This document shows, piece after piece, positions 48,656 to 58,875 of a DNA stretch of 64,000 nt. This DNA is from an uncultured Clostridia bacterium (GTDB lineage Bacteria; Bacillota; Clostridia; TANB77; CAG-508), in the NCBI GenBank assembly GCA_934141445.1, contig CAKPCF010000004.1, positions 15,526 to 79,525 on the forward strand. The letters run 5' to 3'. The position numbers and the translations under genes were made by a program. Under the pieces are notes generated by a model that saw only the letters and a list, made by a program, of their open reading frames with translations, made no database searches and was not told the origin of the DNA. Position 1 is the stretch's first letter. Each line of letters begins with the position of its first letter.

Positions 48656-49366
48656 TTATCTTCTCCTTACTACTTCATTAACTAAATTTTCAATATTGTT
48701 TTCTAAAAATTCTGTTCTAGGTACCACTTTTATTTTATTAAGATTTTCCTTATCCGCAATTTCTTTATTAATATTTTTTAATATTTTTTGTTGTTCTGTT
48801 AAAAATTCATTTAACTCCACATCTTTTAAATAGTCAAAAGAATATATTTTTCTATTCCTACTTTTTATTCTATTTATTGACTCATTTACAGAAATCTCAC
48901 AATTTACAAAAATAAATTCATTTTTACTTTGAGTATATTTTTCCAAATAGTTTTCAATAACATCATCAGTTATGTCTCTAAACATAATATAGTCTGAAAA
49001 ATCTTGAATAATCCCTTGGTCTACTAAAATAACTGAATCAGATTTAGTATATGCAAGCTTATCATATAAAATTACTAATCTTAATTCTTTCCAAATTCTT
49101 TCTTTCAAATCATATTTCAAAACTTTTTGATTTTTTTTATACTTTTTTATATTAAAAATAATTTCAAATATAAATTTTAAATTATGTGGCAGTAATAATC
49201 TAATATAATCTTTTAAATAATTCTTTTTTATCTTACATTCTTCTAAGTATTCATTTTTATTAAATAAACTCACATCAATTTGTAATTTCTTTAGATTTTC
49301 ATAAACGCCTTTTGCTATTGTACTTTTTCCACAACCAGGTAACCCATAAAAGTCAACTATAATCAT
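48656..49366 (-). CDS. P-loop NTPase / kinase-like protein of unknown specificity
   Basis: Walker A YGLPGCGKST at the N-terminus and Walker-B-like ILVDQG. Family not recognised. Confidence 0.5.
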   Translation of the reverse strand: MIIVDFYGLPGCGKSTIAKGVYENLKKLQIDVSLFNKNEYLEECKIKKNYLKDYIRLLLPHNLKFIFEIIFNIKKYKKNQKVLKYDLKERIWKELRLVILYDKLAYTKSDSVILVDQGIIQDFSDYIMFRDITDDVIENYLEKYTQSKNEFIFVNCEISVNESINRIKSRNRKIYSFDYLKDVELNEFLTEQQKILKNINKEIADKENLNKIKVVPRTEFLENNIENLVNEVVRRR

Positions 49367-49367
49367 T

Positions 49368-50246
49368 TTATTTTCCTCTATTCATTATTCTTGAATAAAT
49401 ATCATACAGAAATCTTTCTATATATGCAATTATACTGCAAAAATCAAAAATTATTTTTTGTAAAAAATTGATTTTCAAATAATAATATATATATATTCGT
49501 ATGCTTTTATTGATAATTTTGAATAAATGCAATTTTGATTTATATGTTTTCTTTATTGATGCAGCATGACAATGGTCATAAGTAACATTACCTAAAATTG
49601 CACTTTTATATCCTAAACTTTTTATCTTAAAAGCTAATATATTTTCTTCATAATATAAGAAAGTTCTCTCATCAAATCCATTCACTTTTTTAAAAATATC
49701 GCCACGAATTGCAAATAAAGATCCAGCCACTACATCTACATAATTAATTCTTTCTTTTTGGTTTTTATAAACCTTATTTCCAAACATCTTACTTAGTAAT
49801 AAAAAATTTGATGCAAGTGTTTTAGAAAAATTTGGTAATTGCCAAGAATTATATCCTTTACTGACCATTGGCGCTAAAATAGCAATATCATCATTTTCTT
49901 CAAAAACTGTATTTATTTCTATTATTACATCTTCATTAAAAAATATATCTGGATTAGCTACTAAAATATATTCTGGATTATATTTTTCTATAGCAAAATT
50001 TATTCCAAAATTATTTCCAGTTGCATATCCATTATTTTCTTTTGTATTTATCACATCTATTTTTTCTATTGTATCATATTCATTTTTCAAATAACTCAAA
50101 GAATTATCTAAAGAACAATTATCAACAATTATAATTTTTTCCATCTTTTCTATTTTCAAAATATGATCAACTAATTTTTTTGTCATTTGAAAATCATTGT
50201 AATTTAATATTACTATTGCGTTTTTCAATAAAATCATTCCCTCCAT
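49368..50246 (-). CDS. GT2-family glycosyltransferase
   Basis: VILNYND, IIIVDNCSLDNS, GYATGNNFG. The start is uncertain: it overlaps the upstream gene, and a TTG at 50228 lies 10 nt after GGAGGG. Confidence 0.8.
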   Translation of the reverse strand: MEGMILLKNAIVILNYNDFQMTKKLVDHILKIEKMEKIIIVDNCSLDNSLSYLKNEYDTIEKIDVINTKENNGYATGNNFGINFAIEKYNPEYILVANPDIFFNEDVIIEINTVFEENDDIAILAPMVSKGYNSWQLPNFSKTLASNFLLLSKMFGNKVYKNQKERINYVDVVAGSLFAIRGDIFKKVNGFDERTFLYYEENILAFKIKSLGYKSAILGNVTYDHCHAASIKKTYKSKLHLFKIINKSIRIYIYYYLKINFLQKIIFDFCSIIAYIERFLYDIYSRIMNRGK

Positions 50247-51321
50247 TTATATATTTATCATAAAACATTATTGCTAATATTATAGCAAATTTTATTCTTG
50301 CATCTCCTGACAGTACATTAAAAAATAAAAAAACAAAATAAAAAATGTATAGTTTTTTATATCTTAAACTAACTTTTTCCTTTTTTATTAATTTTATTAT
50401 AAAACCAATTAAAGGATACATATATATTATAAAACCTAAAATTCCCCATTCAGCAAAAATCTCTAAAAAATGGTTATGTGCAGTTAATTCCGTAGAAGCT
50501 AATTTCACTCCTATAACATTTTGAGCATAATAGTTAAAATTTCCTGGCCCAACGCCAAATATAAAGTTCTCTTTTATTTCTTCAATAGTTGTATTGAGTA
50601 ATAATGTTCTTTCTGTATTTGAAGCTGATTTTATAGCTAGATTTTCTGTAAAATAATTTAATCCTATTAATGCTGATATCAGTAACATAGTTATTACTAA
50701 TACTTTTTTTAATTGTCTTGATTTTTCTCGTTTATTGCTTAATATATATTGATACATTTCATATAATATAGTTATTAACAAGATTATCAATGAAGAACGT
50801 GAATGTCCAACTATTGATAAAATAAAAGCAATTATATATAGTAAAGTTTTAACTTTTTTGTTTTTATCATATATAACCAAAAGAATACACATTAGTAATA
50901 TAAAAAAAGAATAGTGTATAAAGTAACTAAATGATTTATATGTATGTCCTAAATAGCTAAAAACAAAATCTGTTAATAAAAATACTTCAAAGAACTTCAA
51001 AAATTTGTCCACATCATATATACATTGTTCATAAGCGAGAAAAGTTATAATGAGCATTTCTGTGTATTTTATTGCATTTTTCATAATATTCTCATTACTT
51101 ACTATTTCTAATTTATAGTAGCAAAATGTATACATTATAAATATAAGAGAAAATATTATATATGTATTAAAATTTTTATCAATTTTTATCTTTTTCTTTT
51201 TTATTAAATAAGCAATACTGTATAATATAAATATGATTTCTGCTATATTTATCGAACCAAATGATATATTTAAAGTTATTCCACATATTATTCCTAATAC
51301 CATATTCCCCTCACTACACAT
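50194..51321 (-). CDS. O-antigen ligase/polymerase family protein (Wzy-like), locus B
   Basis: Polytopic, with a Wzy_C-like segment: FGVGPGNF...HNHFLEIFAEWGILG. Confidence 0.7.
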   Translation of the reverse strand: MCSEGNMVLGIICGITLNISFGSINIAEIIFILYSIAYLIKKKKIKIDKNFNTYIIFSLIFIMYTFCYYKLEIVSNENIMKNAIKYTEMLIITFLAYEQCIYDVDKFLKFFEVFLLTDFVFSYLGHTYKSFSYFIHYSFFILLMCILLVIYDKNKKVKTLLYIIAFILSIVGHSRSSLIILLITILYEMYQYILSNKREKSRQLKKVLVITMLLISALIGLNYFTENLAIKSASNTERTLLLNTTIEEIKENFIFGVGPGNFNYYAQNVIGVKLASTELTAHNHFLEIFAEWGILGFIIYMYPLIGFIIKLIKKEKVSLRYKKLYIFYFVFLFFNVLSGDARIKFAIILAIMFYDKYINGGNDFIEKRNSNIKLQ

Positions 51322-51327
51322 TAAATA

Positions 51328-52368
51328 CTAAATACTTTCATAAATATTTTTTATATGTTCCATATACCACTGATAATTTTCTATCTCTTTAGCCCTTTTT
51401 AAACAATTATTTTTTAAATTTTTATAATTTTCATTATTTAATAAATTTTTAATATTATATAAAAAATCATTTTCATTGTTACATAAAAAGCCACATGTAG
51501 AATCAATTATATTTGGTATTCCTCCAACATTAGATGTAACAACAGGTACACCTAATGCTAGTGCTTCAAAAACTACAAGTCCATATCCTTCCCAATCTGA
51601 TGTTAAACAAAAAATTTTTGATTTTACCATTTCATTATATACATTTTTAGAGAATCCCTTCATTTCTAAATTTTTTCCTATATTCAGTTCTCTAATTTTT
51701 CTTTCACATTCTTGAAATAATATACCATCACCTAACATAACCGCTTTTATATATTCATTTTCTTTAGTTATCTGATACATTATATCTATAAATCTTAATG
51801 GATTTTTTTGTTCTGTTAATCTTCCTACAAAACAAATATCATATTCTTTTTCTATATTCAAATCAATATTCTTTTGAATATTATGACAGCTAATCGGATT
51901 TCCTATAATCTCGATTTTATTATTTATATATTTTGAAAAAATATATTCATCTTTTATAGATTCAGAAACCAAATACACTTTTTTTACATTTTTGCTTTTT
52001 AAAGCTAACAACAATAAATAATTGTAGGGATGAAATTTCTTTTTTATAAATGGAGAATTGTTATGTAAATGAGCTATAATTTTTGTATTTTTTGCATACA
52101 AACCACAAATCAAAGTCGCTCTATAATCATGAGCATGTATAATATCTGGATTGTACTCTTTCTCAATCCTTTCTATTTCAGATTTAGTAATTCCATTAAT
52201 TTTTATCCTATTTATATTTTTCTCTTTCAAAATACCTACTATTGGTCCATCCTGACAAGCATAAAAAAAATCAATATCATCATTTAAACTCTCTATAATC
52301 TCTATTGCAACTTTTTCTAAACCAGAATAAATCTTGCTATTAACTAAATGAATAATTTTTTTCTTCAT
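51328..52368 (-). CDS. GT4-family glycosyltransferase
   Basis: EGYGLVVFEALALGVPVVTSNVGGIPNII (EX7E region). Confidence 0.85.
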   Translation of the reverse strand: MKKKIIHLVNSKIYSGLEKVAIEIIESLNDDIDFFYACQDGPIVGILKEKNINRIKINGITKSEIERIEKEYNPDIIHAHDYRATLICGLYAKNTKIIAHLHNNSPFIKKKFHPYNYLLLLALKSKNVKKVYLVSESIKDEYIFSKYINNKIEIIGNPISCHNIQKNIDLNIEKEYDICFVGRLTEQKNPLRFIDIMYQITKENEYIKAVMLGDGILFQECERKIRELNIGKNLEMKGFSKNVYNEMVKSKIFCLTSDWEGYGLVVFEALALGVPVVTSNVGGIPNIIDSTCGFLCNNENDFLYNIKNLLNNENYKNLKNNCLKRAKEIENYQWYMEHIKNIYESI

Positions 52369-53435
52369 ACATAATAAACTCCTTTATATTCCTCTACCAT
52401 TTTATTTATATTAAATTTACTAATTACATCTTTTCTTGCATTTTCTGAAAGTCTAATGTAATTATCTTTATTTATTTTTTGAATAATATCTTTATAATTA
52501 TTTTTTTTTATAATATATCCGTTTTCATCATCTTGAATAACATCTCTATTTCCAATACAATCACTAACAATACATAATTTTTTCATATACATAGCTTCTA
52601 ATAATGAAATTGGTAATCCTTCCCAAAGTGATGTTAAAACAAATACATCATTTTCATTTAAGATTTTTAAAACTTCCTCTCTTTTCTTCCAGCCTGTTAC
52701 CTTTATATTTTCACTCGTTAATTCATTTTTTAATTCTCCATCACCTATCCAAGTAAATTGAATATTGGGAAAAACTTTAGCAATTTCATTAAATAACATT
52801 GGATTTTTTTGATAGCCTATTCTACCTACTGTACAAATTTTTAAATCATTAAAATTTATATTTTCTTTTAACCTTATACTTTTTGTATCTTCTTTTAGTT
52901 TATCTATATCAATGCCATTGTTTATACATATAGCATTTTTAGTTAACTTTAAAGCCTCTTCATATTCACCATTAGAACATCCTATTATCGTACATTTTTT
53001 TAAAGCTGCTATTTTTTCAATCAACCAATATATTGCTCTTTTTATCTTTGAAGTATTTTTCATAAGAAAAGAAAAGCCATGTGGATTATACAAAACTTTT
53101 CTTTTTTTACAATTAGTAACAAATCTTCCTAAAAAACCAGCCTTAGAAGAATGTAAATGTACAACATCTGGATTGACTTCTTTTACAATTTTCTTTAATT
53201 CAAAAAATGCTTTAAAATCTTTTTTTAGGTTAATACTCCTTGCAAAATTTTCAACTTTTATAAATTTTACTCTATCCGAAAAATAATCTTTAAAATTTAC
53301 TAAAGTTTCTTCTCTAATACCGTATGCTATTGTTATATCAAAATCATTATCTGTATTATTTATTAAGTCTGTCAAAAAAGAAAATACTCCACTTCCAAAA
53401 GATTCAACAATATGTAAAACTTTCTTCTTAGCCAT
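52365..53435 (-). CDS. GT4-family glycosyltransferase
   Basis: WEGLPISLLEAMYMKKLCIVSDCIGNRDVI (EX7E region). Confidence 0.85.
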   Translation of the reverse strand: MAKKKVLHIVESFGSGVFSFLTDLINNTDNDFDITIAYGIREETLVNFKDYFSDRVKFIKVENFARSINLKKDFKAFFELKKIVKEVNPDVVHLHSSKAGFLGRFVTNCKKRKVLYNPHGFSFLMKNTSKIKRAIYWLIEKIAALKKCTIIGCSNGEYEEALKLTKNAICINNGIDIDKLKEDTKSIRLKENINFNDLKICTVGRIGYQKNPMLFNEIAKVFPNIQFTWIGDGELKNELTSENIKVTGWKKREEVLKILNENDVFVLTSLWEGLPISLLEAMYMKKLCIVSDCIGNRDVIQDDENGYIIKKNNYKDIIQKINKDNYIRLSENARKDVISKFNINKMVEEYKGVYYV

Positions 53436-53739
53436 CTTTTTCCCCTCATTTAAAAATTTACTTTTTTAGTATATCATTACTTACATTCTATTTCAATATA
53501 AAATCCCTATTTTCCAGGTCAAAGACACGAAAAATTTTATTGTATCTTTGATACTTTGATATATCTGCTTAAGAGAGTGTTGATATAGAAAAATCACATA
53601 ATATTATGAATATTTCTAGACATTGATTTTCTTATCTTCTTCATCTTTTTTACTTTGTTTAATATCTTTTTTACTCTTTAATACTTTCATTAATTACTTT
53701 AATTTTTTCATGCTTTCAAACTGAACATAATTAAATATT

Positions 53740-53764
53740 AAAAACCTTGCTCATTTAAGCAAGG
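53740..53764 (-). terminator. Terminator directly after the tandem PGT gene
   Basis: CCTTGCT (53745-53751) pairs with AGCAAGG (53758-53764) across a 6-nt loop. A minus-strand U5 comes from A 53740-53744. Confidence 0.7.
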
Positions 53765-53772
53765 CAATTTTA

Positions 53773-55140
53773 CTAAACAGCTCCTTCTTTTTTTACAACG
53801 GAAATTACTGTTTTTAATAAGATTCTTATATCTAATTTAATAGACATATTCTTAGCATAATACGTTTCCATTTCAACTCTTTCTTCGTAAGACGTATTAC
53901 TTCTTCCATTTGCTGCCCAATAACCAGTGATACCTGGTTTTACACTTAAAACCTCTGATTTATGTTCACCAAAAAGATCAATTTCACCATCTATTACAGC
54001 ACGTGGTCCTACTAAACTCATTTCACCTTTTAATACATTAATAAATTGGGGAAATTCATCTAAGCTTGTTTTCCTTAAAAAATGTCCTACTTTAGTTATT
54101 CTCGGATCATTTTGTAGTTTTCTAGTTGTTTCAAATTCTTTTCTTAAATCTTCATTTTCCTCAAGAATCTTTTTTAATTTTTCATCAGCACCAACAACCA
54201 TACTTCTAAATTTATACATTTTAAAGTATTTTCCATCTTTACCAATTCTTTTTTGAGCATAAAAAAGTGGTCCATTCTCTTTATTTATAAAATTAACGAT
54301 TGCAACAATACAAGTTAACGGAATCAATATTATAATTCCTACTAAACCACCACATATATCTATGCATCTTTTTATAAATAATGTTATTCCTTTTACAATA
54401 TCATTTGCTAAATCATTTACTTGAACGCCAACATCTGAATATGTATCTTTTCTTTTCAAAGTTACTAGCATAGTGATTAGTAAAACTTTTAAATCTAGTA
54501 AGAAATTCTTTCTATAATGATATCTTAAATCCATATCCAATCTATCTGCAAACTCTACTCTAGCTCTTCCAGAAATTTGGCTTATTCCTGTGATACCTGG
54601 TTTATGTTGAATTATGTAAGAATAATATTTTCCCATATCTTCTTGTTCTTCCGGTCTATATGGTCTTGGCCCTACTAAACTCATTTGACCTTTTAAAATA
54701 TTAAGCATTTGAGGTAATTCATCTAAACCTGTTTTTCTTAAGAAATAGCCTGCCTTAGTAACTCTTGGATCATTATACAATTTCTTATACTTATTAAATT
54801 CTTCTCTTCTATTTTCATCAGTATTTAAAATTTTTGTAAGTTCTTCATCTGCATTTTTATCCATTGTTCTGAATTTATACATTTTAAATACTTTTCCGTT
54901 TTTTCCAATTCTATCTTGTGTATAAAATATTGGTCCATAATCCTTGTTAATAGCATTTTTTACGGCTACTGCTATTGTTAATGGAACTAGTAAAATCAAC
55001 CCTATAAATGAAACTAATATTTCGAATATTCTTTTAAAGAAAGCCTTTAGTAATTGTTTAATTTTTACTAGTATTCTTTTTGCAAAATTTCTGTGCAATG
55101 CTTTTGCATCAAATGGAATAGCTAATTGCTCCTCATCCAT
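53773..55140 (-). CDS. Tandem (duplicated) monotopic phosphoglycosyl transferase, PGT-PGT fusion
   Basis: The product has two complete sugar-transferase modules. Module 1 has LLVPLTIAVAV, KMYKFRTM, LDELPQ, LVGPRP, KPGITG. Module 2 has ILIPLTCIVAIV, KMYKFRSM, LDEFPQ, LVGPRA, KPGITG. The DE dyads are 221 residues apart. I moved the start to the ATG at 55140, 10 nt after GGGGGAG. Confidence 0.8.
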   Translation of the reverse strand: MDEEQLAIPFDAKALHRNFAKRILVKIKQLLKAFFKRIFEILVSFIGLILLVPLTIAVAVKNAINKDYGPIFYTQDRIGKNGKVFKMYKFRTMDKNADEELTKILNTDENRREEFNKYKKLYNDPRVTKAGYFLRKTGLDELPQMLNILKGQMSLVGPRPYRPEEQEDMGKYYSYIIQHKPGITGISQISGRARVEFADRLDMDLRYHYRKNFLLDLKVLLITMLVTLKRKDTYSDVGVQVNDLANDIVKGITLFIKRCIDICGGLVGIIILIPLTCIVAIVNFINKENGPLFYAQKRIGKDGKYFKMYKFRSMVVGADEKLKKILEENEDLRKEFETTRKLQNDPRITKVGHFLRKTSLDEFPQFINVLKGEMSLVGPRAVIDGEIDLFGEHKSEVLSVKPGITGYWAANGRSNTSYEERVEMETYYAKNMSIKLDIRILLKTVISVVKKEGAV

Positions 55141-55331
55141 TTTAAATACTCCCCCTAAAATAAAAATTGACAATTTATACTCTGTTTTTTATTTTTTAAT
55201 ATTTACAACTTTTGTTTTTTATATCGTCTTCTCTATATTATGTAAATCTACACTCAATGGTTAAATTGTATCATAAAATGATGCTAGTTTCAACCCTCAT
55301 CTTAACAATTTATTAGTAAATTTTAAAAATA

Positions 55332-57302
55332 TTACTCTGCAATTTCATAATCTTTAATAGTGCTAATTTCTCTTGTAGCTTTTCCGGCATTTCTTTTAAT
55401 TGATGCTTCTATTGTTTCCTTTTCACTTTCTGTTATTTTACCATCTTCACTATTTAAAATAATATCTTTAGCTTCTTTTGACAAGTCCATATCATTTAAA
55501 ATACTATGTGCTATTTCTTGTTCATTTACTGGTAACCAACCAACTTGCATATTTCCTTTGCTTAAATGAGTAGCAGTAATTGTACAATTTGGATACATAG
55601 CTTTTATTTCTGAATATGTCATTCCAGAGCCATTTTTCATATTTACTTGTATATTTCTTCCATCTTCAGTTACTATATTTACTCTTGATATTTCAAATTC
55701 ATTTCCATATTTAGCTGTAAAGTTTTCTAATTTATATTCTGTTCCATTTCCTGTTGGGTCTGCATAATAAGAACCTTCTGTTAATTTAACAGTACTTCCA
55801 ATACCAATATTATCCTCTATACTATTTGAAAGGCTCTCTTTTAAGTCAATATTACTTTCTTCAGCTGGTAATTCAAACTCAACTTTTGAATTATCTTCTG
55901 AATCTTCTATTAAAACTTTTACTCTATTTCCTGATAAAGTACCTGTCATATTATCTTTGCTTTCAAAATCCATACTATAACTTGATGAAGCTTTTGAATT
56001 GTTTTCTCCAACAGCTTTTTTATCAAGTGTTTTTCCAGTTCTATTCATTGTAGTAGTAAGAGCTCCTATTGTAATAGCACTCATAATTCCAGCAACAGCA
56101 ATCTTTTTAGCTATATTTTTTCTATGTTCTTTACTTTCAGCAGCTTTCTTCAATTTATCAATTGTTCCCTTTGCTGTTGTATATGTACTACTTAATTTTT
56201 CACTACTTTTTACAGTTAATCTATCAAAAGCACTTGTTACAGCTTTTCCAAAACTTTTAGCTGATTTCATCATTTCAGAAGCCTTTGATTTAATAGCTTT
56301 CAAGAACCCAGACTTATCTTTTTTTACATTTTCGTTTTCTTCATCTGAATACAAAGCACATAATTCTTCAAATACTTTACTTGTTTCTACATTTTGAGTA
56401 GGAGTATGAGTATTCTCATCATCTGGGTACATTGCAGATAGTTCTTCAAATTTTTCGCTGATTACATAATCCTTATCAACAACGCCATCAAATACACCAA
56501 GTTCTAATTCTGTATTAAATTCCTCTGTTTCATTTGCTGAATTTGTTTCACTAGCTTCTTCACTTAATGGCTCTATACTTTCTCCATCTTCTGGAACTTC
56601 TGGCTTTTTAAAAGATTCTTCCAAAGATTCTTTATTTTTCCTAGCAGCTTCTTGTCTTACTTTTTCTACTAAGGCTTCCACATTATCTTCAGCACTTAAG
56701 TCGTCTTCATATTCTTCAGAAAGACTATTCATAATTTTAATATGTTCTTTGCTTGAAATTCCCGCATTTTTCTTAGCATCATCTAACATCTTTAATTTAT
56801 CTTTTAATGGCAATTTAGCAAACATTAAACCACGCAAATCATAGTTTATAAAAATACCAATATTAGCCAACTGTTCTTTTTTTAATTTATTTACTCTTTC
56901 TTCATAAGCCTTATCACTTTCCCCTGATAATCTTTCTACTTCTTGTAGCATTATTTCAACATAGTCATCTGCACGAGTATGTGTTGCAAATTCTGTTTCA
57001 AGTACAAATTCATAATCCTGAATAGCCTTATAAATATTAGGGTCTATCGTTTTTCTAATTTTACTTTCAAGTTCATCCTCATTCATTTCGTTATGAAATT
57101 CAATACTTTTTGAAACAATTTGACTATAAATAATATTTCTCTCGTAATTAGAATAAATCTCACCATAAAACCCATTTGCTTGTATTCCTCTAAATGGTGT
57201 TTTTACATATTGACCACCATTATCTTTATCGCAAGTAATAATTTCACCTTCTCCAGGTACAAAATTAACTAAAATTCTACTTTTACTATTATCCATATAC
57301 AA
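55332..57302 (-). CDS. Hypothetical 656-aa bitopic protein (acidic cytoplasmic half, one TM, extracellular C-terminal domain)
   Basis: ORF track. A single TM helix IAVAGIMSAITIGALTTTM sits at about residue 400. No family recognised. Confidence 0.6.
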   Translation of the reverse strand: MYMDNSKSRILVNFVPGEGEIITCDKDNGGQYVKTPFRGIQANGFYGEIYSNYERNIIYSQIVSKSIEFHNEMNEDELESKIRKTIDPNIYKAIQDYEFVLETEFATHTRADDYVEIMLQEVERLSGESDKAYEERVNKLKKEQLANIGIFINYDLRGLMFAKLPLKDKLKMLDDAKKNAGISSKEHIKIMNSLSEEYEDDLSAEDNVEALVEKVRQEAARKNKESLEESFKKPEVPEDGESIEPLSEEASETNSANETEEFNTELELGVFDGVVDKDYVISEKFEELSAMYPDDENTHTPTQNVETSKVFEELCALYSDEENENVKKDKSGFLKAIKSKASEMMKSAKSFGKAVTSAFDRLTVKSSEKLSSTYTTAKGTIDKLKKAAESKEHRKNIAKKIAVAGIMSAITIGALTTTMNRTGKTLDKKAVGENNSKASSSYSMDFESKDNMTGTLSGNRVKVLIEDSEDNSKVEFELPAEESNIDLKESLSNSIEDNIGIGSTVKLTEGSYYADPTGNGTEYKLENFTAKYGNEFEISRVNIVTEDGRNIQVNMKNGSGMTYSEIKAMYPNCTITATHLSKGNMQVGWLPVNEQEIAHSILNDMDLSKEAKDIILNSEDGKITESEKETIEASIKRNAGKATREISTIKDYEIAE

Positions 57303-57446
57303 TCTCCGTTCCTTTCAACATTTTCTATTATACAATATTTTCCCGTATTTTGCAACTACTTATGTAAATCTGATGTTGATTTTTATAAATTTATTATCAA
57401 ACAATTTAATTTTAGGAATAACTCTTTATTATTTATTAAATTTCAA

Positions 57447-57501
57447 ACCAAAAAGACTCTTGCTTTTCAGTGCCAAAATAACACTCTTTGCAAAAGTCTT
57501 T
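57447..57501 (-). terminator. Long hairpin terminator after the AAA ATPase gene
   Basis: AAAGACTCTTGC (57452-57463) pairs with GCAAAAGTCTTT (57490-57501), 11/12 bp. The minus strand continues UUUUUGGUUUG. Confidence 0.6.
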
Positions 57502-57525
57502 TATCTAAAAATTCAATATAATACT

Positions 57526-58815
57526 TTAATCTTTCAAACAGCCTATTGGAACAACTAGCACACCATTTTTAGTAGTATATGCCATTTTAGTATTAGTAAT
57601 AATCATTAAAAATTCTGGTTTTCTTAATCTTCCATTTTCTTTAATCAAATTTTCCAATTCTAACAAATGCTTTTCAGCTTCATCAATTGATTTTTCACTG
57701 CCAATTTTAGTTTCTATTAAACAATATTTTCCATTATCAAAATGAGCAACTTCATCACATTCTAAACCATATCTATCTCTATAATGACTTAATGTACCAC
57801 CTATTGCATTTATATACACACTTAAATCTCTATCTACCAAGTTTTCAAATAATAGTCCGTAAGTATTTGGATCAAGCATTAGTTCTTTAGGTGAAATTCC
57901 TAGTATTGCAGTTGCTAAAGAAGGGTCAACTAAACTCTTTTTAGGAGTAGATCTAATTGCTGTTTTACTCCTAATATTTGGATTCCAAGCAGGAATTTCA
58001 TCAATTATATATAGTTTTTTCAAAATTGCTAAATAATCATTTATTGTTCTATCTGTTACATTATTATTATTAGCAATAACATCAGATATTAAAGTTTGAT
58101 TAGATTCAATTGTTGAATCCAATCTTGCATAAGCTCTTAAAATCAATCTTGCAAGCTCTGTATTTCTTGAAATTCCGTCTATTCTTGAAATATCTGATTC
58201 ACAAACAGCAGTAATATAGTTTTTAGCTATACTTAAAGAAACATCTTCATCTTCTATATTAAAAATATCTGGCCAACCACCTCTGCAAATTAAAAAAGCC
58301 ATTCTTTCATAAGTAATATCACTCGTAATTCCATCAATTTTCCTGTTTCCATTCAATATCTCTGCTAATGAAATCTTTCCATTTGAATCTCCACTCTCAT
58401 ATAACGACATTGTTTTCATATTCAAAAAAGCAAATCTTCCAGCACCAGAATGTAAATTTTGATTTTCTTTTTCATTAGGAGTAGCTGAACCAGTTAATAA
58501 ATACTGTCCTTTTTTTCCTGTTTCATCAACAGAGTGCCTAACTGTATTCCATAAGTTAGGAGCAAGTTGCCATTCATCAATCAATCTTGGCTTTTCTCCT
58601 TCTAATAATAAAGATGGTTTCAATTCAGCAAGTTTTAAAGCATTTGAATTTTCCATGTCAATATCTTCATCTTGTAATTCTATATAACTTTTTGCTCTTT
58701 GCTTACATGTAGTGGTTTTGCCACACCATTTTGGACCTCTTATCAAAATAGCTCCAGCCACTTTCATTTGTTTAGATAGTTCTTTATCAATTATTCTTTC
58801 TTTGTATATTCCCAT
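57526..58815 (-). CDS. AAA+ ATPase with C-terminal DUF4143-type domain (COG1373-like)
   Basis: Walker A GPKWCGKTT and Walker B LIDEWQ, with a restriction-endonuclease-like C-terminal region typical of this family. I moved the start to the ATG 6 nt after AGGAGA, because the first ATG of the track ORF (58842-58840) starts only 5 nt downstream of the -10 box. Confidence 0.75.
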   Translation of the reverse strand: MGIYKERIIDKELSKQMKVAGAILIRGPKWCGKTTTCKQRAKSYIELQDEDIDMENSNALKLAELKPSLLLEGEKPRLIDEWQLAPNLWNTVRHSVDETGKKGQYLLTGSATPNEKENQNLHSGAGRFAFLNMKTMSLYESGDSNGKISLAEILNGNRKIDGITSDITYERMAFLICRGGWPDIFNIEDEDVSLSIAKNYITAVCESDISRIDGISRNTELARLILRAYARLDSTIESNQTLISDVIANNNNVTDRTINDYLAILKKLYIIDEIPAWNPNIRSKTAIRSTPKKSLVDPSLATAILGISPKELMLDPNTYGLLFENLVDRDLSVYINAIGGTLSHYRDRYGLECDEVAHFDNGKYCLIETKIGSEKSIDEAEKHLLELENLIKENGRLRKPEFLMIITNTKMAYTTKNGVLVVPIGCLKD

Positions 58816-58846
58816 AATCATTCTCCTATCCACTTTATTCATATAT

Positions 58847-58875
58847 ATTATACTATAAATTTTATTTCATTTCAA
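58847..58875 (-). promoter_or_regulatory. Promoter of the AAA ATPase gene
   Basis: On the minus strand: TTGAAA (58875-58870), 17-nt spacer, TATAAT (58852-58847). The -35 box lies inside the first 23-bp repeat unit. Confidence 0.5.

Noticed and set aside
2744-56397. Many plus-strand ORFs of 60-137 aa (e.g. 2744..3061, 30702..31115, 37798..38169, 52912..53286, 55999..56397).
   Set aside because: All lie antisense within well-supported minus-strand genes, lack RBSs, and translate to low-complexity Phe/Leu/Ile/Ser-rich strings typical of shadow frames in AT-rich DNA.
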